A stretch of 32,000 bases of DNA from Flavobacteriaceae bacterium (GTDB taxonomy: Bacteria; Bacteroidota; Bacteroidia; Flavobacteriales; Flavobacteriaceae), in contig OZ245049.1 in NCBI GenBank assembly GCA_965224465.1, positions 210,001 through 242,000 on the forward strand, given 5' to 3'. The translations under genes were made by a program, and so were the position numbers. This document shows, one piece after another, positions 9,201 to 16,984 of the stretch (its first letter is position 1; the number at the start of each line of letters is the position of its first letter). A model generated the notes under the pieces. It saw only the letters and a program-made list of their open reading frames with translations, was not told the origin of the DNA and ran no database searches.

Positions 9201-10958
9201 TGGAGGGGTGAGTTTTGTGATTTCACATTGTTTGGAAATAATAGCGAGGGAAGGAGTATCGAAATCTATAGAAAAAGAATCGACAAACATTGTAGTAAGG
9301 TCTTTCTTCCAATTGGAATGGATGCCTATAATAGCATTGTCAATCAATATGCATTTCAGTAGAGGATTATTGCCTGTTTCTAATATAGAAAGAAGGTTGT
9401 TTGAGCCGTTTTGTAGGTATAAAGATTGGAGATTATTAGTGCTTGATTTTAAATATTTTAATGATGAATGTTGCCTTAAATCTAAAGAAGAAATGAGATT
9501 GTTATAGCAGTACAATGTTTCTAATAATACATTTTTAGAGATATTTATAGAGGAGATATTATTGTTTTGACATCTTAAACTTTTAAGTAAAGGATTGTTA
9601 TCTAAGTCAATGGTGTCCAGAACATTGTCGTAGCAGTAAAGTATTGATAACAAAGGGTTTTTATGAACTGTTAAGTTCTTTATAGAATTATATTGGCAGC
9701 GTAGTACCTTCAGGAAAGTATTGTTACTAATATCTAGTTGATCTAAATTATTCGAATAGCAATACAGTGTAGTTAGCGCACTATTTTGACTCAGGTTTAA
9801 ACTTTTAAGCGAGTTGTTATGACAGCGTAAATCCTTTAAGGAAGTATTGGAATAGGTGTCCAAATTTGTAAGAGAATTATCATTACAAAGTAATTTTTCT
9901 AACTGTTTGTTTTGTCGAATATCTAAGGTATTCAATTCGTTTTTGTAACATCTTAATTCTTTCAATGCCCCGTTGTAGTAAATATTTAGATTGGTTAGGT
10001 TGTTTGTATTGCAATATAAAGTAAGGAGTTGTGAATTTTTTGTAAGGTCTAATGAATTAAGGTTATTTTCATTACAACGCAAATCTTCTAAAAGGAGGTT
10101 TTGCTGTATGTTTAGAGAGGTTAATTTGTTATTTTGACAATATAATTTTGTTAGTTTCAGGTTCTTACTTACATCTAATAATGTGATCTTATTTTTGTAA
10201 CATCTTAGGTTTGATAAATTAATATTTAGCTGTAGATCTAATTGCTGAATATTGTTTTGATAACAATATAAATTTTCGAGTAATCTGTTATTATACGTGT
10301 CTAAAACGGTGATATTGTTAGCGTAACAGCGCAGTGTTTTTAAGTTGGTATTCGAATGAATGTCTAGGAGTGTAAGAGCGTTTTTATAGCAATAAAAGGT
10401 GACTAAAAGGCTGTTGTTAGAAATGTCAATACTTGTTAAAATATTTTCTTGACATTGTAGGTATTTTAAATGAATACTCGACGATATATCTAAATTAGAA
10501 ATATTGTTTTTAAAGCAATACAAGGAAGATATTAATGGGTTGTTAAAGGTACTGAGTTCAGTAAGTTTATTTTCGCTGCATTTTAAATAGGTCAATAAAG
10601 GATTGTTACTTAGGTTTAAGTTGCTTATATTATTTGTATTGCAAACAAGTTTAGAAAGTTGGTTGTTAGCGCTGATGTCTAGTGTGTTAAGCGAATTGTT
10701 ATTGCAAATTAAACGTGTTAGATTTGTAAATGATGCCAGTCCTGACATGGTTTTTATGTTCAGTGATTTACAATTAATTTCTCCAGTAAAGGAAGTTGCT
10801 TCAGAGAGTGAAATCTCTGTATCTCCATTTGTATTAATCAGTGGGTTTGAAAGTAAATATGCTTTAAAGTTACTGTCAGGTATAGATACATTCTGAGCAT
10901 TACAATAAGCTAAAGTAATGAGCAATAATAGACTTAACAACTGTTTTTTCCATTTCAT
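6267..10958 (-). CDS. T9SS-secreted giant surface protein: signal peptide + Cys-containing LRR block + 12 HYR/Ig-like repeats + type-B (gliding-motility) C-terminal sorting domain
   Basis: Uninterrupted 1573-codon ORF. Position 10988 is TTG; ATG at 10958 gives MKWKKQLLSLLLLITLAYCNAQ. Roughly 21-22 LRR units of pattern LxxLxCxxNxLxxLDxSxN. There are 76-aa units with PTATDACSG...WTFEDDNGN. The C-terminus ITPNNDGVNDYWIV...GVYFYILTF...GWIYVDY fits the T9SS type-B CTD. Confidence 0.92.
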   Translation of the reverse strand: MKWKKQLLSLLLLITLAYCNAQNVSIPDSNFKAYLLSNPLINTNGDTEISLSEATSFTGEINCKSLNIKTMSGLASFTNLTRLICNNNSLNTLDISANNQLSKLVCNTNNISNLNLSNNPLLTYLKCSENKLTELSTFNNPLISSLYCFKNNISNLDISSSIHLKYLQCQENILTSIDISNNSLLVTFYCYKNALTLLDIHSNTNLKTLRCYANNITVLDTYNNRLLENLYCYQNNIQQLDLQLNINLSNLRCYKNKITLLDVSKNLKLTKLYCQNNKLTSLNIQQNLLLEDLRCNENNLNSLDLTKNSQLLTLYCNTNNLTNLNIYYNGALKELRCYKNELNTLDIRQNKQLEKLLCNDNSLTNLDTYSNTSLKDLRCHNNSLKSLNLSQNSALTTLYCYSNNLDQLDISNNTFLKVLRCQYNSIKNLTVHKNPLLSILYCYDNVLDTIDLDNNPLLKSLRCQNNNISSINISKNVLLETLYCYNNLISSLDLRQHSSLKYLKSSTNNLQSLYLQNGSNNLLSILETGNNPLLKCILIDNAIIGIHSNWKKDLTTMFVDSFSIDFDTPSLAIISKQCEITKLTPPTASNNCGKYTLKHNAQLPITSQGTHFITWTYILEAGFSYQQTQELRVNDTIAPVPDMPQLPSITAACSISNLTAPTATDACSGIIIGTHNVVLPINTQGTTNIIWTFEDDNGNKKLQIQEINLIDTIAPVPDMPQLPNISATCSISNLTAPTATDTCSGIITGTHNAVLPINTQGTTNIVWTFEDDNGNKKLQIQEINLIDTIPPVPHMPQLPSITATCSISNLTAPTATDACSGIIIGTYNDVLPINTQGTTNIVWTFEDDNGNKKLQIQEINLIDTIAPVPDMPQLPSISATCSISNLTAPTATDACSGIIIGTHNAVLPINTQGTTNIVWTFEDDNGNKKLQIQEINLIDTIPPVPDMPQLPSITATCSISNLTAPTATDACSGIITGTHNAVLPINTQGTTNIIWTFEDDNGNKKLQIQEINLADTIPPVPDMPQLPSITATCSISNLTAPTATDACSGIITGTHNAVLPINTQGTTNIVWTFEDDNGNKKLQIQEINLIDTIPPVPDMPQLPSITATCSISNLTAPTATDACSGIITGTHNAVLPINTQGTTYIIWTFEDNNGNKKLQIQEINLIDTIAPIPDMPQLPSITATCSISNLTAPTATDACSGIITGTHNAVLPINTQGTTNIVWTFEDDNGNKKLQIQEINLIDTIAPVPDMPQLPSITAACSISNLTAPTATDACSGIITGTHNTVLPINTQGTTNIMWTFEDDNGNKKLQIQEINLIDTIAPVPDMPQLPSITATCSISNLTAPTATDTCSGIITGTHNAVLPINTQGTTNIVWTFEDDNGNKKLQIQEINLIDTIPPVPDELFLDILTIPINTSIPIPTATDNCNGNIIGISSHPSVFSKVNSYAIEWNYIDSHGNSSSQTQEIIVTNTPAAPLNNYITPNNDGVNDYWIVNGIHEYTKNSLRIFSRTGKIVYKQINMNNHWDGYSNIKSKKRVLRGVYFYILTFYLEKKAQKVGWIYVDY
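6777..9056 (-). repeat. Ten head-to-tail 228-bp (76-codon) near-identical in-frame tandem repeats
   Basis: The marker AATGGTATC (codons DTI) recurs at exactly 228-nt spacing: 6768, 6996, 7224, 7452, 7680, 7908, 8136, 8364, 8592, 8820, 9048. Units differ by only a few substitutions. Diverged copies flank both sides. Confidence 0.95.
9356..10826 (-). repeat. Leucine-rich-repeat coding block (about 23-codon periodicity, diverged at DNA level)
   Basis: The protein shows repeated L..L.C..N.L..LD.S.N..L units from about residue 55 to 545 of the track translation. Confidence 0.8.
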
Positions 10959-11244
10959 AATCCAATTTTTTAGGTATAACAAATCCAATTGAGAAAAGGA
11001 TTTGTCGGAGAAATGGTTTTTGCTAAAAACAATAGCACACTATTTTATAATGAATTGTTTAAAACAGCATCGTAATTATTAATCATATGCGATGTAATAA
11101 TGTAATGTACCTAATAAATATGATGTATGCAAATTGGACTTATGTCTCAATTCTTATGAAATTGTTCTCAAAAGGCTGTTTTACACGAGCTACCAGTAGT
11201 TTTTTATTTGTAGTTTATTTAAAACTCATGTTGATCAACAATTT

Positions 11245-11664
11245 TTAAGTGTCGCTATTATAATGACTAAAAGTCCCGTCTGTATAAAAAATAACAATGC
11301 GATCTATTATTTTGATGTTTTTAGTTTGTTTTACAGGAATGGCAACAGGCTGAGGATCGTCTGTATCAGTTTCAAAAGAAATTGTTTGCTGTTTTGCTAT
11401 ATTTGGAATAGGAGCAGCTTCTTTAATAATGGAATCAATTTTCGGAAAATCTCCTTGTCCATTTATTAGCCAATATAATTCTACTTCGGGGTAGTGCTTT
11501 AATATTTTTAAAACAAAGTCTAAACTAGGTTTGTTTCGACCAGAAAGTAAATGTGATATGGTTGAACGCTGGATCCCTAATATTTCTGCAAGGCTGGCAG
11601 CTGAGATGTCGTAATAAGAGAGTAGTTTACGAAGACGCTCGCTAAATTCTTGATTGTTTATCAT
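11245..11664 (-). CDS. XRE-family helix-turn-helix transcriptional regulator
   Basis: Track start 11673 is TTG; ATG at 11664 gives MINNQEFSERLRKLLSYYDISAASLAEILGIQRSTISHLLSGRNKP, a classic HTH_3/XRE signature. The C-terminal ~70 aa are unassigned. Confidence 0.85.
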   Translation of the reverse strand: MINNQEFSERLRKLLSYYDISAASLAEILGIQRSTISHLLSGRNKPSLDFVLKILKHYPEVELYWLINGQGDFPKIDSIIKEAAPIPNIAKQQTISFETDTDDPQPVAIPVKQTKNIKIIDRIVIFYTDGTFSHYNSDT

Positions 11665-11685
11665 TGTGAACAAATAGTTTGGTTA

Positions 11686-11693
11686 CAAATGTA
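11686..11693 (-). promoter_or_regulatory. Candidate -7 box (TACATTTG on minus strand) for the XRE gene
   Basis: Lies inside the palindrome TTACAAATGTAA (11683-11694). The box ends 22 nt upstream of the ATG at 11664. Confidence 0.35.
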
Positions 11694-11915
11694 ATGAATT
11701 TTATTGAGACGGGAACAAATACTTAAAACGAGTCGTTTATTACAACAATACTAGTGAATAATAGGTTTATATAAGTATATAAAAGACTCTGAACTACAAT
11801 AGTTTACATATAAAGTCTTTTATACTATAATAAAAATCTATAAAGCAGGTAAAGGACAGAAGGCACAAGTATTTAATAGATTACAATTGTGACTTAGTTA
11901 GTATTCTTGAGCGTT

Positions 11916-11947
11916 TACATTTGTTAACTCCTAGTTGTTTACATTTG
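11916..11947 (+). promoter_or_regulatory. Two direct GTTTACATTTGT(T)AAC repeats, each with a TAnnTTTG box, upstream of the M14 peptidase gene
   Basis: TACATTTG occurs at 11916-11923 and 11940-11947. The second abuts the ATG at 11952. Confidence 0.35.
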
Positions 11948-11951
11948 TAAC

Positions 11952-13046
11952 ATGAACAGAATTAATCCAAAACAAGTCTTAAAAGACTATCCTAGATTTA
12001 AAGCATCTGGAATAGCCGGTAAACGTGTCATATATGACCAAATTAAGCCTTTAATAGACCTTTTGCCTGAGGAGATGTTTACAGTTGAAACATTGGGCGT
12101 ATCAACACTTAAAACACCTATTAAACTGCTTAAATTTGGGCAAGGGGAGCGGCGCATTCTAATTTGGACACAGATGCATGGTAATGAAAGTACAGGGACG
12201 AAGGCGTTATTTGATGTTTTAAACTACATAATAGACTTAAAGGATACGGATATAAACGTTAAAAACCTTTTAAATAACTGTACTATATGGGTGATTCCTA
12301 TGCTAAATCCAGACGGTGCACGAATGTTTACAAGAGTAAACAATCAACAAGTAGATTTGAATAGGGATGTGATTGCTCAAAAAGGAACAGAAAGTGTGTT
12401 GTTAATGAAAGTGTTACAAGACTTTAATCCACATTTTTGTTTTAATTTACATGACCAACGTACTATTTTTAATGTAAAAGACAGTGATAAACCAGCTACG
12501 ATATCGTTTTTAGCACCTTCGGAAGATATCGAAAGAACTATAACTAAAGGTAGAAAAGAGACGATGAGCGTTATTGTTGCAATGAATAATTGTCTTCAAC
12601 AAGTAATACCGGGACAAATAGGATTATATACCGATGCGTTTTATCCGACGGCTACAGGTGATAACTTCCAAAAAATGGGACATAATACTATTTTAATAGA
12701 GGCAGGACATTATATAAACGACTATGATCGGGAAGAAACTCGAAAATTTAATGCGATTGCGTTGCTGGAAGGTTTATTTACGATCGCTATAGAAGAGAAA
12801 TTCAATAATTATGAGCCTTATTTTGATATTCCTCAAAACGACACCTTGTTTTTTGATATTATCTATAAGAATGCGTCCTACACACTCAATGGAACTACTA
12901 TAATTACGGATGTGGCTGTACAATTGCATTATAAGGTAGAAAATGATGTCCTAATTTGCTTCCGAAAAGTGGAAAAAACAGGTGATTTGACAGGGTATTT
13001 TGCTCATAAATGGATAGATAGCAAGAGAACTTCATTTATTTTGTAA
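11952..13046 (+). CDS. M14-family zinc carboxypeptidase-like protein
   Basis: WTQMHGNESTGT (HxxE zinc site), IPMLNPDGA and NLHDQ fit the M14 / succinylglutamate desuccinylase-like fold. ATG start. Confidence 0.8.
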   Translation: MNRINPKQVLKDYPRFKASGIAGKRVIYDQIKPLIDLLPEEMFTVETLGVSTLKTPIKLLKFGQGERRILIWTQMHGNESTGTKALFDVLNYIIDLKDTDINVKNLLNNCTIWVIPMLNPDGARMFTRVNNQQVDLNRDVIAQKGTESVLLMKVLQDFNPHFCFNLHDQRTIFNVKDSDKPATISFLAPSEDIERTITKGRKETMSVIVAMNNCLQQVIPGQIGLYTDAFYPTATGDNFQKMGHNTILIEAGHYINDYDREETRKFNAIALLEGLFTIAIEEKFNNYEPYFDIPQNDTLFFDIIYKNASYTLNGTTIITDVAVQLHYKVENDVLICFRKVEKTGDLTGYFAHKWIDSKRTSFIL

Positions 13047-13095
13047 ATAATTGTCAAATTCGCAAGTTTTTTTAGTCGAAATCGCTTTTTTTAGT

Positions 13096-13103
13096 TAAAT
13101 TTG
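13096..13103 (+). promoter_or_regulatory. Candidate -7 box TAAATTTG
   Basis: Lies 35 nt upstream of the ATG at 13138. Confidence 0.35.
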
Positions 13104-13137
13104 CAGTGACATTTGTTATTATTAATGAAAGTGTATT

Positions 13138-13617
13138 ATGAAAAAATTTATATTAGATGAGATTGATCATCAAATTTTGGATATCCTAATTGAAAACGCA
13201 CGTACCCCGTTTACCGATATTGCAAAAAAATTAGTTGTTTCCGCTGGAACTATCCATGTTCGTGTAAAGAAGATGGAAGACGAAGGAATCATCAAAGGTT
13301 CAACGTTGACGTTGAACTATGAAAAAATGGGTTATTCGTTTATTTCCCATATTGGAATATATTTGGATAAGACCTCAAAAACAAAACAAGTTATTGCAAG
13401 TTTGCGTAAGATACCGAATGTGACAATTGCTTATATTACTGCAGGAAAATATAATATTTTCTGTAAAATTAGAGCAAAAGATACCACACATGCAAAAGAA
13501 ATTATTTTTGAGATAGACGATATAGAAGGTGTTTCTAGAACCGAAACAATGATTTCTCTTGAGGAGAGTATCAATGATAAAAAACGTTTAATGCACTCAA
13601 TATTTAGAGATTTGTAG
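13138..13617 (+). CDS. Lrp/AsnC-family transcriptional regulator
   Basis: LDEIDHQILDILIENARTPFTDIAKKLVVSAGTIHVRVKKMEDEGII is an N-terminal HTH_AsnC signature. The ~80-aa C-terminal part fits a RAM/ligand domain. 159 aa is a typical size. Confidence 0.9.
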   Translation: MKKFILDEIDHQILDILIENARTPFTDIAKKLVVSAGTIHVRVKKMEDEGIIKGSTLTLNYEKMGYSFISHIGIYLDKTSKTKQVIASLRKIPNVTIAYITAGKYNIFCKIRAKDTTHAKEIIFEIDDIEGVSRTETMISLEESINDKKRLMHSIFRDL

Positions 13618-13642
13618 TGTTCTTTTAAAAAATATTTTTAGA

Positions 13643-13678
13643 AAGCCTTTGACTGTTACAGTTAAAGGCTTTTTTTTT
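13643..13678 (+). terminator. Rho-independent terminator
   Basis: AGCCTTTGACT pairs with AGTTAAAGGCT (one G-U pair), followed by T8. Confidence 0.7.
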
Positions 13679-13691
13679 GTCATTAAAAATA

Positions 13692-13965
13692 ACAGTTATA
13701 CCAAATACATTTTCAAGTGTCGGTTTAGAAATAGAATTATTTTTTGATCTAGCTAGGCGGAAAATGGAAGGATAGCCTTTATCGTTCTATTTTTCAACAA
13801 CGCCAGCACATAAAACAACCTATTTATATCTGTCATTTTGGGCTTTAATTGGTATTATAGCTAGGCGGAAAATGGAAGGATAGCCTTATCGTTCTGTTTT
13901 TCAACAACGCTAGCACGTAATATAACCTATTTATATGTGTCATGTTGGATTGTAGTTGGTATTAG
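13692..13965 (+). repeat. MITE-like intergenic repeat, copy A (full unit plus 108-bp tandem re-duplication of its right part)
   Basis: Left end GTTATACCAAATACATTTTCAAGTG. The block TAGCTAGGCGGAAAATGGAAGGATAGCC...CAACAACGC.AGCAC.TAA...CCTATTTATAT.TGTCAT.TTGG...TTGGTATTA occurs twice, starting at 13750 and 13858. Confidence 0.8.
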
Positions 13966-14105
13966 ATAGTCGTAACAGTTATACTTTTAAATAACCAGAA
14001 TACAAAAAAGAGGCTGTCCTCATATTGTTCTTGTAAGGAATAGGAGTCCCTATTATTATATATCAATTTTAAATCTCATTTTTTTGGATAAAACATTAAT
14101 TAGTC

Positions 14106-14113
14106 TATTTTTG
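14106..14113 (+). promoter_or_regulatory. Candidate -7 box TATTTTTG
   Basis: Lies 26 nt upstream of the ATG at 14139. Confidence 0.35.
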
Positions 14114-14138
14114 TTTTCTGAATCAATGAATCTATTTT

Positions 14139-16142
14139 ATGAGTATTTCTATGTGTAGTACTACTTCTATTGAGTATAACTCAAAAGACTTTACTAAAGA
14201 GCAGTTGTTAGAATTGTACAAGCGCCTTGTAAAACCTCGTTTAATTGAGGAGAAAATGTTGATTCTATTGCGGCAAGGAAGAATTTCTAAATGGTTTTCA
14301 GGGATTGGTCAAGAGGCTATTTCTGTTGGTGTTTGCGCAGCATTGGATAAGAATGAGTTTATTTTACCAATGCATAGGAATTTAGGTGTGTTTACTACGC
14401 GTGATATTCCGTTGTACCGTCTCTTTTCTCAATGGCAAGGGAAGATGAATGGGTTTACCAAGGGAAGAGATCGGTCTTTTCATTTTGGCTCTCAAGAATT
14501 CAATATTATTGGGATGATTTCTCATCTAGGACCTCAGTTAGGGGTTGCTAATGGGATAGCCTTAGGTGAATTATTAAAAAAAACAAATAAGGTTACGGCT
14601 GTGTTTTCTGGTGATGGAGGTACTAGTGAAGGGGATTTTCATGAAGCATTGAATGTGGCAGCTGTATGGAATTTACCTGTCTTGTTTTGTGTAGAGAATA
14701 ATGGTTACGGCTTATCTACGCCTTCTTCAGAGCAATTTGTTTGTGAGCATATTGCAGATAAAGGGATTGGGTATGGAATGGATAGTTATATTATTGATGG
14801 AAATAATATTTTAGAGGTGTATAGCAAGGTGTCTGAACTAGTGAAAAGTATTCGAAAAAAACCGCGCCCTGTGTTGTTGGAGTTTAAAACGTTTCGCATG
14901 CGGGGTCATGAAGAAGCAAGTGGTACGAAATATGTGCCACACAGCTTGTTGGAGCGTTGGGCTTTAAAAGATCCAGTGGAGAATTATCAAGCTTTTTTAC
15001 GTGAAAATGGCGTATTGACAGAAACTCATGAAGTAGCCATAAAAAAAGAGATCGTACATGAAATAAATGCACATCTTAAAAAGGCTTTTGACGAGAAAAA
15101 AACGAGTTCTACAATTGCTTTGGAATTGGCAGATGTGTATAAAAAAACAACTTTAATAGAGGTAAAGCCTACGGGTAAAACAAAAAAAATACGTTTGATT
15201 GATGCTGTACGTGATTCTTTACATGAGAACCTACAACTGCATAATAATCTGATTATTATGGGTCAGGATATTGCGGAGTATGGAGGTGTTTTTAAAGCGA
15301 CAGAAGGACTTTTGGAAGTGTTTGGAAAAGACAGAATAAGAAATACACCTATTTGTGAATCTTCAATCATAGAAGCGAGTTTTGGATTGTCTATCAATGC
15401 TATAAAAACTGTGGTGGAATTACAGTTCTCTGATTTTGTGACTTCGGGTTTTAATCCAGTAGTAAATTTATTGGCGAAGTCGTTTTATAGATGGGCGCAA
15501 CAGTCTGATGTAGTGTTGAGAATGCCTTGCGGTGCAGGGATCGAAGCAGGGCCGTTTCACAGTCAAACCAATGAGGCTTGGTTTACAAAAACACCTGGTT
15601 TAAAGGTTGTGTTCCCCGCATTTCCTCAGGATGCCAAAGGGCTTATGGCTACTGCAATTGCTGACCCGAATCCAGTATTGTTTTTTGAGCATAAGGCTTT
15701 GTACCGTTCGTTTTATCAAGAAGTGACTTCTAATTATTTTACGATCCCTTTTGGGCAAGCTGTATTGTTAAAGGAAGGCGATCGCCTAACAATTGTAACG
15801 TATGGAATGGGAGTCCATTGGGCATTGAAAGAATTGGAATCTATGAGTGTCTCTGTTGACTTAATTGACTTAAGGACATTACAGCCTTTGGATACGGAGA
15901 CTATTTATGCTTCCGTTCGGAAAACAGGACGTGTGTTAATCTTACAGGAAGATAGTATTTTTGGAGGATTGGCTTCTGATATTTCTGCGCTTATCTCGGA
16001 AAATTGTTTTGAATATTTAGACGCTCCTATTAAAAGAGTCGGTGGTTTGGAAACACCTATCCCTTTTGCCAAAGCCTTAGAGGAAGATTATTTAGCAAAT
16101 AAACGATTGAGGGGAGCTATTGAATCGCTATTGATGTATTAG
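14139..16142 (+). CDS. Fused E1 alpha/beta subunit of a 2-oxoacid (branched-chain keto acid/pyruvate-type) dehydrogenase, TPP-dependent
   Basis: The N-terminal half has the TPP motif GDGGTSEGDFHEALNVAAVWNLPVLFCVENNGYG. The C-terminal half is transketolase-pyrimidine/C-terminal-like (IRNTPICESSIIEASFG, DLRTLQPLD). It is one 667-aa ORF. Confidence 0.9.
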   Translation: MSISMCSTTSIEYNSKDFTKEQLLELYKRLVKPRLIEEKMLILLRQGRISKWFSGIGQEAISVGVCAALDKNEFILPMHRNLGVFTTRDIPLYRLFSQWQGKMNGFTKGRDRSFHFGSQEFNIIGMISHLGPQLGVANGIALGELLKKTNKVTAVFSGDGGTSEGDFHEALNVAAVWNLPVLFCVENNGYGLSTPSSEQFVCEHIADKGIGYGMDSYIIDGNNILEVYSKVSELVKSIRKKPRPVLLEFKTFRMRGHEEASGTKYVPHSLLERWALKDPVENYQAFLRENGVLTETHEVAIKKEIVHEINAHLKKAFDEKKTSSTIALELADVYKKTTLIEVKPTGKTKKIRLIDAVRDSLHENLQLHNNLIIMGQDIAEYGGVFKATEGLLEVFGKDRIRNTPICESSIIEASFGLSINAIKTVVELQFSDFVTSGFNPVVNLLAKSFYRWAQQSDVVLRMPCGAGIEAGPFHSQTNEAWFTKTPGLKVVFPAFPQDAKGLMATAIADPNPVLFFEHKALYRSFYQEVTSNYFTIPFGQAVLLKEGDRLTIVTYGMGVHWALKELESMSVSVDLIDLRTLQPLDTETIYASVRKTGRVLILQEDSIFGGLASDISALISENCFEYLDAPIKRVGGLETPIPFAKALEEDYLANKRLRGAIESLLMY

Positions 16143-16288
16143 GGAGTTTATACTAGATATATTGTTTTAGTGTGCTTGTTTTTTTAGGTTTTATTCTTAG
16201 TTAAGGCACGTGTCATTTTGTCATACTGCGCTTAATGTACTTGTTATAGTACTTATTACTAGTGTTTTAGTTGTTATTAGTTCAAGTG

Positions 16289-16978
16289 TTACTTCCAATT
16301 GAATTCCTCTATTAATCGTATCCAGTTTTGAGAGAACTTGGCATGTATAAATAATTTTTCATCAGTAAAAGGATGCATGAATTCGATGGAAAAGGCATGT
16401 AGAAACATGTTTTTACAATCAAGTTGATTTTCAAACATACGATTATGAAATCTATCTCCGTATTTATAATCACCTACAATAGGATGACTAATTTTGTTCA
16501 TGTGAATTCTCAATTGATGCATGCGACCAGTTTTAGGAGATAACTCTACAAAACTATAGCGTGCGCCTGGATAAGGATGTACAGGGATGTCTAAACTTAC
16601 TTTATTTAATAATTTGAGTTCAGTCAAGGCTTCTTTGTATTTTAAAGTATCCGCATTTTTCACGGGACTATCAATTATTTTGTTTTCAGGGGCGTATCCA
16701 CGTACGATAGCGCGGTATGTCTTTTGAATTAAGTTTTGATCAAACAATTCCTGAAACCTAACAATGAATTCCTTTTTTTTACAAAGTAATAGTATTCCAG
16801 ATGTTTTGTAGTCTAAACGGTGGATTGGGTAAAATGCGGCACCTTCTTGTTCAAACAACACATCTAGTAAGGTAGGTCCCTTTATGTTTCGAGCGTAATG
16901 GGATTTATGAATAAGTATATTGTGTGGTTTATTGACCGCGATCATGTATTGATCTTCAAAAATTAGGGGAATGTTCAA
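16289..16978 (-). CDS. truC: RluA-family pseudouridine synthase, TruC-like
   Basis: Catalytic HRLDYKTSG motif. VELSPKTGRMHQLRIHMNKISHPIVGDYKYGD resembles E. coli TruC as I recall it. The only in-frame start after the upstream stop is TTG at 16978, and the conserved IFEDQYMIAVNKP lies upstream of the first ATG. Confidence 0.8.
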   Translation of the reverse strand: MNIPLIFEDQYMIAVNKPHNILIHKSHYARNIKGPTLLDVLFEQEGAAFYPIHRLDYKTSGILLLCKKKEFIVRFQELFDQNLIQKTYRAIVRGYAPENKIIDSPVKNADTLKYKEALTELKLLNKVSLDIPVHPYPGARYSFVELSPKTGRMHQLRIHMNKISHPIVGDYKYGDRFHNRMFENQLDCKNMFLHAFSIEFMHPFTDEKLFIHAKFSQNWIRLIEEFNWK

Positions 16979-16984
16979 TTTTTC

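Noticed and set aside
13750-13965. The two 108-bp direct repeats as a mini CRISPR or rRNA-related repeat
   Set aside because: They are a tandem duplication of part of the dispersed MITE-like element. There are no spacers and the length is wrong for CRISPR.
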